A DNA stretch of 64,000 nt from Clostridiaceae bacterium (GCA_016285645.1 JAEERC010000044.1:35040-99039); one strand, 5' to 3'; numbered from the stretch's first letter, positions 19,935 through 28,812 are shown. A program made the numbers and translations. The notes: generated by a model from the letters alone, not told the origin.

Positions 19935-20123
19935 ATGAACTGTATCACCTGTGACAAGGAACTGACCGCCCTTGATATGAGTTTTCACAAAAAAATGATA
20001 AACAGGGGCGCGACGGAGTTTATGTGCATTGAATGCCTTTGCGATTATTTCGGCATAACAACCGAAAAAGCCCACGAAATGATTGAACATTTCCGTGAGC
20101 AGGGCTGCACATTATTCACATAA
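19935..20123 (+). CDS. Small Cys-rich (Zn-binding-like) protein
   Basis: CxxC...CxxCxC...GCTLF pattern; begins 1 nt after GH27 stop and is followed by a terminator. Confidence 0.7.
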   Translation: MNCITCDKELTALDMSFHKKMINRGATEFMCIECLCDYFGITTEKAHEMIEHFREQGCTLFT

Positions 20124-20127
20124 CATT

Positions 20128-20156
20128 AAGGGCTGAATCGTTTTGATTCAGCCCTT
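20128..20156. terminator. Bidirectional terminator
   Basis: aagggctgaatc-gtttt-gattcagccctt between convergent genes. Confidence 0.85.
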
Positions 20157-20162
20157 TTATAC

Positions 20163-21353
20163 TCAGAATTCCCTGAATGGTGTGCTTATATTCTGTACTC
20201 TGAAATCTATCGGTTTGCGGTCGCTTGACCTGCGGTAAACGCTCAAAGCCACGCCTATTCCGAAATAGATACACATATTCGATGTGCCGCCGCTGCTTAT
20301 AAACGGCAGGGTGATTCCTATACAGGGGAGAAGACTCAGGCACATACCTATATTGATTATCGCCTGAGCGGCTATCATAAGCGAAACGCCGTTGCACAAA
20401 AGATAACCCGAAAGGTTTCCCGTGTTTCTTCCGTCCTTTGAAAGGCGGAAAATTATGACAATAAGCATTGCCGCAACGGCAAGACAGCCGATAAAACCGA
20501 GTTCCTCGCCGATTACGGAGAATATCATATCGCTCTCGTCAACGGGCACATAACCGTTCTGAATAAGCGGTCCCTTGAGATATCCCTGACCGGTTATCAT
20601 ACCCGAGCCGATTGCCTTTAAACCTCTTGCCTGCTGGTAAATAACAGCGTCATATGCCTCCTGACTGAGCGCCTGAGGATAATAGACGGCAAGAAGTCTG
20701 TTTTTCTGAAATTCGGAGAAAAACTTTATCCATAATATCGGGAAGGCGACGACGACGGCAACAGCAGCTGCAGCGAAATATCTCAGATGAACGCCCGCGA
20801 GGAACATCATTCCCGCGAATATTACTATGAAAACAAGCGCCGAGCCAAGGTCGCCCGTGAGAATGACAAGGGCTATGGGCAGTAAACCGTGAAGAGAGAG
20901 AAGAAGAACGTTTTTTAAACTGTTTAAATCTTCCTTAACGGCGTTTATATGCGTGGTAAACGTTATTATAAATCCGATTTTAACAAGCTCCGACGGCTGA
21001 AAACTGATTTTACCGAAGTACAGCCAGCAAATGGCGTCGTCTCTGCCGGTGGGGGATCTGCCGAATTTGAACAGCGATACCATCAACAGAAAACCGACTA
21101 TCGCTATGAGCGGCGTAAACCGCATTATTATTTCATAGTCAAACAGCGATATGAGATAACACAGAACAATTCCGAGTATTGAACCGACTATTGTTGAAAG
21201 ACATTCCCTCGCGAGAAATCTGCCGGGGAGAATATCTTTATAAGTCGCGCTGTAAACCATAAACGCGCCGAAAACGGATGTTACGATGCAGGCAAGATAC
21301 AGAACCCAGTCGGTTTCGGTGAACAGATATTTAATTTCGTTTTTGTGTTTCAG
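20163..21353 (-). CDS. FtsW/RodA/SpoVE (SEDS) family peptidoglycan polymerase; probable CTG start
   Basis: FQPSELVK, GDLGSAL, AIGSG, SDMIFSVIGEELGF, LPFISSGGTS; frame open upstream of 21260 to CTG at 21353, 8 nt after AAGGAGG. Confidence 0.9.
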   Translation of the reverse strand: MKHKNEIKYLFTETDWVLYLACIVTSVFGAFMVYSATYKDILPGRFLARECLSTIVGSILGIVLCYLISLFDYEIIMRFTPLIAIVGFLLMVSLFKFGRSPTGRDDAICWLYFGKISFQPSELVKIGFIITFTTHINAVKEDLNSLKNVLLLSLHGLLPIALVILTGDLGSALVFIVIFAGMMFLAGVHLRYFAAAAVAVVVAFPILWIKFFSEFQKNRLLAVYYPQALSQEAYDAVIYQQARGLKAIGSGMITGQGYLKGPLIQNGYVPVDESDMIFSVIGEELGFIGCLAVAAMLIVIIFRLSKDGRNTGNLSGYLLCNGVSLMIAAQAIINIGMCLSLLPCIGITLPFISSGGTSNMCIYFGIGVALSVYRRSSDRKPIDFRVQNISTPFREF

Positions 21354-21474
21354 ATATCCCGCCTCCTTTCGTTTTATCCTATTATAAATGCAAACGCTTA
21401 TTTATTCAAGATAAATCGTTGATATTTATTAGAATTATGATATAATACATTTATTAAATGATTTTGAGGATTAT

Positions 21475-21921
21475 ATGAAAATTTACACGACAGACAGTGT
21501 CTCCGCCACCGAAAAGGTCGGCGGGGAACTTGCAAAGTCAATAAGGAAAAACGATGTTGTGGCGCTGTTCGGCGACCTCGGCGCGGGTAAAACCGCGTTC
21601 ACAAGGGGATTGGTCAGGGGGCTGGGCATTGACGCTCAGGTAAGCAGCCCTACCTTTGCGCTTGTAAACGAGTATTCGGGCGGCGGAAATAAAGTTTATC
21701 ACTACGATATGTACCGCATTACCTCCTGGGACGATCTCTATTCAACGGGTTATTTTGACTGTCTTCAAAGCGGCAGCGTGCTTGTAATCGAGTGGAGCGA
21801 GAATATCGAGGCGGCTCTTCCGGATGACTATATAAGGGTTGAAATAGAAAAAAACAGCGACGAAAACTCAAGAACAATAAAAATCGGAAGGGGAGAAAAT
21901 TTTGAAAATATTGGCGATTGA
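21475..21921 (+). CDS. tsaE: tRNA threonylcarbamoyladenosine biosynthesis ATPase
   Basis: GDLGAGKTAF, VSSPTFALVNEY, HYDMYR, IEWSEN. Confidence 0.95.
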   Translation: MKIYTTDSVSATEKVGGELAKSIRKNDVVALFGDLGAGKTAFTRGLVRGLGIDAQVSSPTFALVNEYSGGGNKVYHYDMYRITSWDDLYSTGYFDCLQSGSVLVIEWSENIEAALPDDYIRVEIEKNSDENSRTIKIGRGENFENIGD

Positions 21922-22603
21922 CTCCTCAGCGAAATCCGCGAGTGTCGCTGTGACCGATGACAGAAAGCTTATCTCGGAATCGTTCGTGAATACAGGGCTT
22001 ACACACAGCGAAACGCTTTTGCCGATGATTAAATCTACGCTTGACAATGTGGGGCTTACTCCGGCTGATATTGACGCCTTCTGCGTTACCGTCGGCCCCG
22101 GCTCATTTACGGGTATAAGAATAGGCGTTTCCGCTCTCAAGGGAATCGCCCAGCCGCTTTGCAAGCCCTGTGCCGGTGTTTCGACCCTTGACGCCATGGC
22201 TCACAACATTGAAAACTTTGGCGGCATAATCTGCTGCGCTATGGACGCGAGATGCTCGCAGGTTTATTGCGCTTTATATAAAAAGGATGATAATTCTCTC
22301 AAAAAACTCACCGATGATATTGCAATTTCTATTGATGAGTTATACAATAAATTGAAGGTATTTGATGAGGATATTCTCCTTGTCGGCGACGGCGCGGAAA
22401 TCTGTTTTGAAGCGTTTAAGGATAAACTTGAAAATGTATCGCTTACGGGTGAACAACTGCGTTATCAGAGAGCGTACGGCGCTGTTCTTGCCGCTCTTGA
22501 CGGCAATATTGAGTTTAAGGATGTTTCCGGTATAAATCCGGTTTATATCAGACCGCCGCAGGCGGAAAGAGAATTAAAAAAGAAAAAGGAGAACTCTCAA
22601 TGA
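21902..22603 (+). CDS. tsaB: tRNA t6A biosynthesis protein TsaB
   Basis: ILAIDSS, HSETLLPMI, GPGSFTGIRIG, MDARCSQVY. Confidence 0.95.
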   Translation: MKILAIDSSAKSASVAVTDDRKLISESFVNTGLTHSETLLPMIKSTLDNVGLTPADIDAFCVTVGPGSFTGIRIGVSALKGIAQPLCKPCAGVSTLDAMAHNIENFGGIICCAMDARCSQVYCALYKKDDNSLKKLTDDIAISIDELYNKLKVFDEDILLVGDGAEICFEAFKDKLENVSLTGEQLRYQRAYGAVLAALDGNIEFKDVSGINPVYIRPPQAERELKKKKENSQ

Positions 22604-23040
22604 TAGCAGTCGGATGTGACCACGGCGGATATGAACTGAAGCTTGCCGTGCTTAAATTCCTCGATGAAAAAGGGATTGAGTACAAGGATTTCGGCACTTA
22701 CAGCAGCGAGTCCGTTGATTACCCCGTATATGCCGAAAAGGTCGCGAGAGCGGTAGTGAGCGGCGAATACGAAAAGGGTCTGCTTTTTTGCGGAACCGGC
22801 ATAGGAATATCCATAGCCGCCAACAAAATAAAGGGCGTGCGCGCGGCGTGCTGCTCGGATAAATTTTCGGTTGAGATGACTCGTCTGCACAACAACGCCA
22901 ACATTCTCTGCCTCGGCGGCAGAGTTGTTACACCCGAACAGGGAATTGAACTTGTGGATATATTCCTCAGCACTCAGTTCAGCGGAGATGAGCGCCACCA
23001 GAGAAGAATTGATCTGGTAACCGCGCTTGAAAATAAATAA
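22600..23040 (+). CDS. rpiB: Ribose-5-phosphate isomerase B
   Basis: GCDHGG, DYP, CGTGIGISIAANK, HNNANIL, RHQRRI. Confidence 0.95.
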   Translation: MIAVGCDHGGYELKLAVLKFLDEKGIEYKDFGTYSSESVDYPVYAEKVARAVVSGEYEKGLLFCGTGIGISIAANKIKGVRAACCSDKFSVEMTRLHNNANILCLGGRVVTPEQGIELVDIFLSTQFSGDERHQRRIDLVTALENK

Positions 23041-23055
23041 TTCCGGAGGGTTATT

Positions 23056-23685
23056 ATGGATAATGTAAAAATAATGGATCACCCGCTAATCAAGCACAAG
23101 ATATCTCTTCTCAGGGATAAGAGAACGGGTACAAACGAATTCCGTCAGATAGTAGAGGAAATCGCCATGCTCGAGGGATACGAGGCGCTTTCCGACCTGC
23201 CTCTTGAGGACGTGGAAATCGACACACCTATTGAAACCTGCATTTCCCCGATGATTTCGGGCAGAAAAATAGCCATTGTTCCCATTTTGAGAGCCGGTCT
23301 CGGTATGGTTCCCGGCATACTTTCACTCTGCCCCACTGCTAAGGTCGGCCATATAGGTATGTACCGCGATGAGGAGACTCACGAGCCCGTTCCGTACTAC
23401 TGCAAACTTCCGAAGCCCATTGAGCAGAGAACGATTATTCTTCTTGACCCGATGCTCGCGACGGGCGGCTCGGCTGTTGACGCCGTCAATCAGATTAAAA
23501 AACTCGGCGGCAAGCAGATTAAGTTTATGTGCATAATCGCCGCTCCGGAAGGCCTTAAAAAGCTTCACGAGGCGCACCCCGATGTTCAGATTTATGTGGG
23601 CAACCTTGACCGCGAGCTAAACGCGGACGCTTACATCTGCCCCGGTCTCGGCGACGCGGGAGACAGAATATTCGGCACAAAATAA
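23056..23685 (+). CDS. upp: Uracil phosphoribosyltransferase
   Basis: [40 protein letters not shown]. Confidence 0.97.
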   Translation: MDNVKIMDHPLIKHKISLLRDKRTGTNEFRQIVEEIAMLEGYEALSDLPLEDVEIDTPIETCISPMISGRKIAIVPILRAGLGMVPGILSLCPTAKVGHIGMYRDEETHEPVPYYCKLPKPIEQRTIILLDPMLATGGSAVDAVNQIKKLGGKQIKFMCIIAAPEGLKKLHEAHPDVQIYVGNLDRELNADAYICPGLGDAGDRIFGTK

Positions 23686-23699
23686 TAACGAAATATTTA

Positions 23700-23722
23700 A
23701 GCCGGAGTCATTGGCTCCGGCT
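23700..23722 (+). terminator. Terminator after upp
   Basis: agccggagtca-t-tggctccggct hairpin followed by T-rich tract. Confidence 0.75.
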
Positions 23723-23733
23723 GTATTTTTTAC

Positions 23734-23762
23734 TTGCAATCACCCTCTCCGTTTGCTATAAT
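23734..23762 (+). promoter_or_regulatory. Sigma-A promoter (extended -10) of tRNA-Leu
   Basis: TTGCAA -17 bp- TATAAT with TGn before the -10. Confidence 0.75.
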
Positions 23763-23781
23763 ACATTGGCAATAAGAATAC

Positions 23782-23866
23782 GCGGGTATGGTGAAACTGG
23801 CAAACACGCCGGATTTAGGATCCGGTGGAGCAATCCTTGCAGGTTCAAGTCCTGTTACCCGCACCA
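23782..23866 (+). tRNA. tRNA-Leu(TAG)
   Basis: GCGGGTA...TACCCGC stem, anticodon loop TTTAGGA, long variable arm, CCA end, 85 nt. Confidence 0.96.
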
Positions 23867-24035
23867 ACAAAAAGCACGCCTTGCGCGTGCCTTTTTTGTT
23901 GGCGAATACAAATGGATTTGCTGACTGCAAGAATTCAAATAAGGGGTCCCCGAAAAACAAAGTTTTTTGGGGGGAAGGAGGAACGGCGGAGCGAATGAGG
24001 GCAAAGCCCGAACGATACGGAGCCGGTGACGACGC

Positions 24036-24060
24036 GGTTCAAGTCCTGTTACCCGCACCA
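24036..24060 (+). repeat. Exact 25-bp duplicate of the tRNA-Leu 3' end (att-like)
   Basis: GGTTCAAGTCCTGTTACCCGCACCA identical to 23842-23866. Confidence 0.95.
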
Positions 24061-24094
24061 TGAAAAAGGCAAGTCGAAAGACTTGCCTTTTTCA
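24061..24094 (+). terminator. Terminator-like hairpin after the tRNA 3'-end duplicate
   Basis: tgaaaaaggcaagtc-gaaa-gacttgcctttttca, perfect 15-bp stem. Confidence 0.8.
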
Positions 24095-24277
24095 GCGATA
24101 TGAATTCCTTTCGGAATTCGCGATATATTCCTTCGGAGTTCGATATGTCTCTATGAGACGCGATATGTCCTGCGGGACAAGAAAGGAATTTATATCATAT
24201 CGTGCGCGAGCAAAAGTGAGCGCATATCGTGATTGCTGCAGCAATTATATCGAATCGAGTGAAACGAGATATATCGC
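24095..24277. repeat. Symmetric array of 4x (G)CGATAT and 4x ATATCG(C) motifs separated by short hairpins
   Basis: (G)CGATAT at 24095, 24120, 24141, 24160; ATATCG at 24197, 24224, 24247, 24271; inter-motif spacers are self-complementary. Confidence 0.85.
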
Positions 24278-24546
24278 TTTATTGATAATACAACAGCAGG
24301 TTTTTGCCTGCTGTTTTTGTTTTATGCTCTGTCCCGGTTAATAGTTGAAATGAGTACATTTTTGACCCGTCTTGCATAATTTTAAAAGTAACCCGTGCTT
24401 TTTGTGGCATCAATAAATTTGTAAAGATTAAAAGGATATTAAAACTGCCTTTATTCCCTTGATTTCGCGAAATTGCGGGATTATAATGAATTCGTAAACT
24501 CCCGATTGAAAAAGCGGGAAAATGCTGAATAAACGGAGGAAAAAAC

Positions 24547-25407
24547 ATGAAATACGCGCTCATTACCGGAGCGGCGGGCGGTCTCGCGGGGGCGTGCGCC
24601 GAAAAACTCAGCACGGACGAAAACTGGACGGTATTTGCCGCCGACATTGCCGAGGCGGGGCTCAACGACCTGCGCGAAAGAACAAACGAGAGGGTTATCC
24701 CCCTTGTGCTCGACATCACAAGCGACGAAAGCTGCGAGGCGGCGGCGAAAAAAATTGAAGAGACGGCGGGCAGGCTCGATGTTATCGTAAACGCCGCGGG
24801 CATTCACACCATGGCCTCGCTTGTTGAGGGCAATATTACCTCAACCGTTGAGAAAATGCTCAAAATCAATGTGCTCGGCATGGTGCGCGTAAACAGGATT
24901 ATGTTCCCGCTTGTAAAGGCGGCTCAGGGCAGAATAATCAACTTTTCCTCCGAATGCGGATGGGAAAAGCCTCAGCCCTTCAACGCGCCCTACGCCATTA
25001 CGAAATACGCCGTGGAGGCGTACACAATCGGGCTTCGCAGGGAGCTGAACTTCCTCGGTATGGATGTGGTTAAAATCCAGCCGGGCTCGTTCAAAACGGG
25101 AATGCACAACCAGGCGACCGACGGTTATCAGAAAATACTTGAAACAACGCAGTATTATATACCCGTGCTCACGGTTTTAAAGCCGCTTATGAGCACCGCA
25201 CTCGCCCACCCGCACGACAAGAAATATCTGGTTGAAACGGTTATGAAGGCGATTTACTCGCCCCGCCCGAAAACGAATTACAAAAGCAAAAACACCTGGT
25301 ATCTTGCGGCGATTGATCCCGTACCCGACAAGGTAATCGATTTCGGTTACAGGGCGCTCGTAAACACCGGTTATAAGCTTATGAAAAAATTCGGAAAAGA
25401 CAAATAG
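24547..25407 (+). CDS. SDR family NAD(P)-dependent oxidoreductase
   Basis: LITGAAGGLA, VNAAG, FSS, YAITK catalytic motif. Confidence 0.92.
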   Translation: MKYALITGAAGGLAGACAEKLSTDENWTVFAADIAEAGLNDLRERTNERVIPLVLDITSDESCEAAAKKIEETAGRLDVIVNAAGIHTMASLVEGNITSTVEKMLKINVLGMVRVNRIMFPLVKAAQGRIINFSSECGWEKPQPFNAPYAITKYAVEAYTIGLRRELNFLGMDVVKIQPGSFKTGMHNQATDGYQKILETTQYYIPVLTVLKPLMSTALAHPHDKKYLVETVMKAIYSPRPKTNYKSKNTWYLAAIDPVPDKVIDFGYRALVNTGYKLMKKFGKDK

Positions 25408-25468
25408 GATTACCGTAACGGATGCAAATTGTTTGAGATTATTAACAAAAGCATAACAGAGGAATAAT

Positions 25469-25789
25469 GTAGGGGCGGCTTTCCCAAAAGCCGCCGCGTA
25501 GGGAACGCCGTTCGGCGTTCCGGGCAAAACAAGGTTTTGCCGCCGTAGGGGCGGATATTATCCGCCCGCAACAAGGCATCCGTTAGGACATAAATTTTGC
25601 GCAGACTCCTTTACGCCGTGCCACCTGTCTCGCCTGCCGGCTCGGTCGGTGCTTCTGCCTTCGGCAGAGGTTCCCACCGGGAACCCGCACCCCCAAAGGA
25701 GGAGCCCACGACGGACGGATATTTTGATATATATAAACGGCGGGATGTGGTCATCCCGCCCTACAAGTTATATTTATCTTGCGATAACC
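25469..25789. repeat. REP-like mosaic cluster A (GTAG-tagged palindromes)
   Basis: GTAGGGGCGGCTTTCCCAAAAGCCGCC, GTAGGGAACGCCGTTCGGCGTTCC, GTAGGGGCGGATATTATCCGCCC and inverted GGCGGGATGTGGTCATCCCGCCCTAC; homologous to 48440-48831. Confidence 0.9.
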
Positions 25790-25890
25790 TCAATTCGTTG
25801 TCCCCATTTCCTCTGTTTTCCGCATAATTCTATTGAGTTTTCCCTGTTTATCATTTATAATAATTGCTGAATTGTGCGGAGGGGTTATTG

Positions 25891-27663
25891 ATGAAAACTG
25901 ATAAAAACACGAACGCTTTGAATGCGGAAAACACAAACGAAAGCTCGGGCGCGCTTCTCAGAAAGGCGGTTAAAAAGAACGCTAAATATCTCGTCGGCAT
26001 TGTTCTTTTCTCCGTCGTAACCGCGGGCTTCACCGCTGTCAATCCCGTTTTTTACAAAAAAATAATTGACGAAGCCATTCCGAACAGGGATATAAAAACC
26101 CTGCTTTTCTGTGTAGCGCTGATGGCGGCGTTTCCCGTTGTAAATGTGGGAATATCGCTGCTGAGGCAAAGGTGCGTTTTTAATTTTACGGATAAATGCG
26201 AAAGGGAACTGAGAACTCAGTTTTTCGCTAAAATACTGAGAATGAACTACCCCGCTTTTATGGAGCTCGGGCCCGTAAAACTGATGTCCGTAATCACAAG
26301 AAGCACGGGTCGGATAATCGAATTGTTTTTAAGCACCGATGTAATAACCGGCGTGTCCGCTGTTTTTCAGTCGCTGCTTATCTTCGGAATAATTTTCCGT
26401 TACAACAAAATCATCGCGGCAGTCACCTTTGTTGTGGTTCCCGTCATTTTTATCGCCATAAAATTTTTCCAGGATAAAATCGGAAACCTGCAAAAAGATT
26501 ATCTCCGCATTCTGAACAGGGGTGAAAAATTCTTTCTGCAGGTGTTCAACGGTATGAAAACCGTGCGTTCCTATTCCGGGCAGGAAAAAGAAAAGGCGGG
26601 GCTTAAGCAGTGGCTCGATGAGGTTTCAAAGAACAAATGGGATATTGAAAAGTCCAATATAACCGTCAGGACTTTTATTCCTGTGGCGGCGGCTCAGGTT
26701 GTGCTCGGTGGCATATTCACTTTCTGCGCCTTCTCGGTTATGAAGGACACAATGACAATAGGAATACTGGTAGCGGTTATCACTTATGTTCCGATGCTGA
26801 TAAACAGTATTCAGAGTATATTGAATATGGGAATCGGGAAAATATCCATTTCGAAAATCCTAGACGACCTCGATTCAATTCTCAACGAGGAGGATGAGTA
26901 TGACGGCGGGAACAAAGACGAAATCCCGAACAGCGGCTCACTCGCCTTTAAGGATGTTGACTTCACCTACGGCAGGGAAAACTTCGACCTGAAGATTGAA
27001 AACCTCGAGATTGAAGAGGGCGATTTTGTAACCATAGTGGGCACAACGGGCGGCGGAAAATCCTCCGTAATGGATATAATCAACAAGTATTATCCCATAA
27101 CTTCGGGCAGCGTTTCGTTTGACGGCGTAAGCATTGACGAGATAGGCACCGACACTTTACGCAGGCATATAAGCACTATGTTCCAGGATGTGTATATGTT
27201 CAACGGCACAATAGCGGAGAACATCGCCTACCCCGGAAAGCCCGATCCGGACAGAGTAAATGAGGTTATGGAAAAAGCGCAGCTGACGGAGTTTGTCGGC
27301 AAACTGCCGAACGGGGCACAAGAAATTGTTGAGGCGGACGGCGCGAACTTCTCGGGCGGCGAATGCCAGCGAATCGCCCTCGCCAGAATGCTTTATAAAG
27401 AAGCGGATATTTATCTTCTTGACGAGCCGACAGCCGCTCTGGACGCCAACACATCCAAGGCAATATTCGATGTGCTCGCGGATGAAAACAGAAACGGCAA
27501 AACAATAATTGCTATTACCCACGACGCGGGCAAGGCGACATACGGCAACAAGGTTATTGTTGTCAGCGGCGGCAGAATAATCGAGTACGGCCCGCCCGCG
27601 AAACTTCTGGAACAAAACGGCGCTTTCGCTTCCCTTTACGAAGCGCAGACAAAAATGGATTGA
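25891..27663 (+). CDS. ABC exporter, fused permease/ATPase
   Basis: TM helices plus GTTGGGKS, FSGGECQR, LLDEPT; ATG 25891 after GGAGG. Confidence 0.92.
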   Translation: MKTDKNTNALNAENTNESSGALLRKAVKKNAKYLVGIVLFSVVTAGFTAVNPVFYKKIIDEAIPNRDIKTLLFCVALMAAFPVVNVGISLLRQRCVFNFTDKCERELRTQFFAKILRMNYPAFMELGPVKLMSVITRSTGRIIELFLSTDVITGVSAVFQSLLIFGIIFRYNKIIAAVTFVVVPVIFIAIKFFQDKIGNLQKDYLRILNRGEKFFLQVFNGMKTVRSYSGQEKEKAGLKQWLDEVSKNKWDIEKSNITVRTFIPVAAAQVVLGGIFTFCAFSVMKDTMTIGILVAVITYVPMLINSIQSILNMGIGKISISKILDDLDSILNEEDEYDGGNKDEIPNSGSLAFKDVDFTYGRENFDLKIENLEIEEGDFVTIVGTTGGGKSSVMDIINKYYPITSGSVSFDGVSIDEIGTDTLRRHISTMFQDVYMFNGTIAENIAYPGKPDPDRVNEVMEKAQLTEFVGKLPNGAQEIVEADGANFSGGECQRIALARMLYKEADIYLLDEPTAALDANTSKAIFDVLADENRNGKTIIAITHDAGKATYGNKVIVVSGGRIIEYGPPAKLLEQNGAFASLYEAQTKMD

Positions 27664-27729
27664 GCAGTTTAAAACAGTCATCGGTTGATGGCTGTTTTTT
27701 ATTTTGAAAAAAGCACTTTCGTTATAACC

Positions 27730-28348
27730 GTAGGGCACGGATTCTTCCGTGCCGTTTTGTTTAATTAGCAATGAGAAAGGAGTAATGAGCAATTAAGGGG
27801 CTAACGCCGATTATATAAATGCAGGAAACGCGGAACGGCGTTCCGGGCAAAACACAGTTTTGCAATGTAGGGCACGGATTCTTCCGTGCCGTTTTGTTTA
27901 ATTAGCAATGAGAAAGGAGTAATGAGCAATTAAGGGGCTAACGCCGATTATATAAATGCAGGAAACACGGAACGGCGTTCCGTATGAAACAAAGTTTCAT
28001 GTCATTCCGAGGGAGAAACTTGTTTTGACCGTGGGAATCTCTGCGTTTTCAAGCACTGTCGGGATTGCCACGGCAGTGTGCGCACTGCCTCGCAACGACA
28101 GAATCATTTTCCCGATTCTGTGTCCTCGCGGACATACTTGTCGCGGGCGACAGGTTGTAAGAACCTGCCTGCGGCAGAACCTTGTTACTCGCTCCGCTCG
28201 TAATATGCCCCTACGGCGGAGATTTCATTTAAGCATTCACGACAGACGGATATTTTGATATAATTAAACGGCGGGATTAGGGAATCCCGCCCTACGGTGA
28301 AAAACGAAATAATGCGGTAACTTGCGGGCGGCAGGTTGCCGCCCCTAC
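27730..28348. repeat. REP-like mosaic cluster B (GTAG and GTCATT-type palindromes, 137-bp-period tandem duplication)
   Basis: GTAGGGCACGGATTCTTCCGTGCC at 27730 and 27867; GTCATTCCGAG...GCAACGAC at 28001-28099; homologous to cluster D (inverted) and partly to A. Confidence 0.9.
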
Positions 28349-28392
28349 AGTATAATTGATTTTGCGGCGAACGGCGGTTTTTGAATGTTTTT

Positions 28393-28758
28393 TCAATCCC
28401 ACAATTCGGTAAAATGGTTTTTTATGAAATCAAAAACCGCTTCCTTTTCTTCCCTGATTTCGTCATCAAACGCGCCGTCAAATGTTTTTTCGCTTAAGAC
28501 CGAGGCGAGAGCCGAGACTCTTTCAAGTTCATTTATCCATTCCTCATAACAGGAAAATTTTGATGAATAACCGTTATCCGTTTCGGCAAGAGTTTTAAGC
28601 ATTCCCGAAATAACGGCGGTAATATGGGCGTTCATCTCCCACACATCGCAGTCGGCCCAGCCGCGCATAATCCTCTGCTTCGCGTATCTGAAAGCGCGGA
28701 GAAAACTTTTTAAACCCGAATATCCGGTTACGGCGAACACATTGAGACTGTATTTCAT
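28393..28758 (-). CDS. Hypothetical protein, possibly phage/MGE-derived
   Basis: Good SD (AAGGAGG); RGWADCDVW...GY...EEW...L...W D pattern reminiscent of small phage proteins. Confidence 0.6.
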   Translation of the reverse strand: MKYSLNVFAVTGYSGLKSFLRAFRYAKQRIMRGWADCDVWEMNAHITAVISGMLKTLAETDNGYSSKFSCYEEWINELERVSALASVLSEKTFDGAFDDEIREEKEAVFDFIKNHFTELWD

Positions 28759-28812
28759 ATGAGCCCTCCTTTTTCAACATAATACTCTCCCCGGTGTCCG
28801 CTTTTCCGCCCG

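Noticed and set aside
24095-24277. CRISPR array interpretation of the GCGATAT repeats
   Set aside because: Repeats are only 6-7 bp, spacers are 13-20 bp and self-complementary, orientation flips midway, and no cas genes are present.
25455-25817. 10-bp inverted repeat AACAGAGGAA/TTCCTCTGTT flanking cluster A as terminal IRs
   Set aside because: It is short, asymmetric relative to the unit ends and not found at other clusters, so it could be chance.
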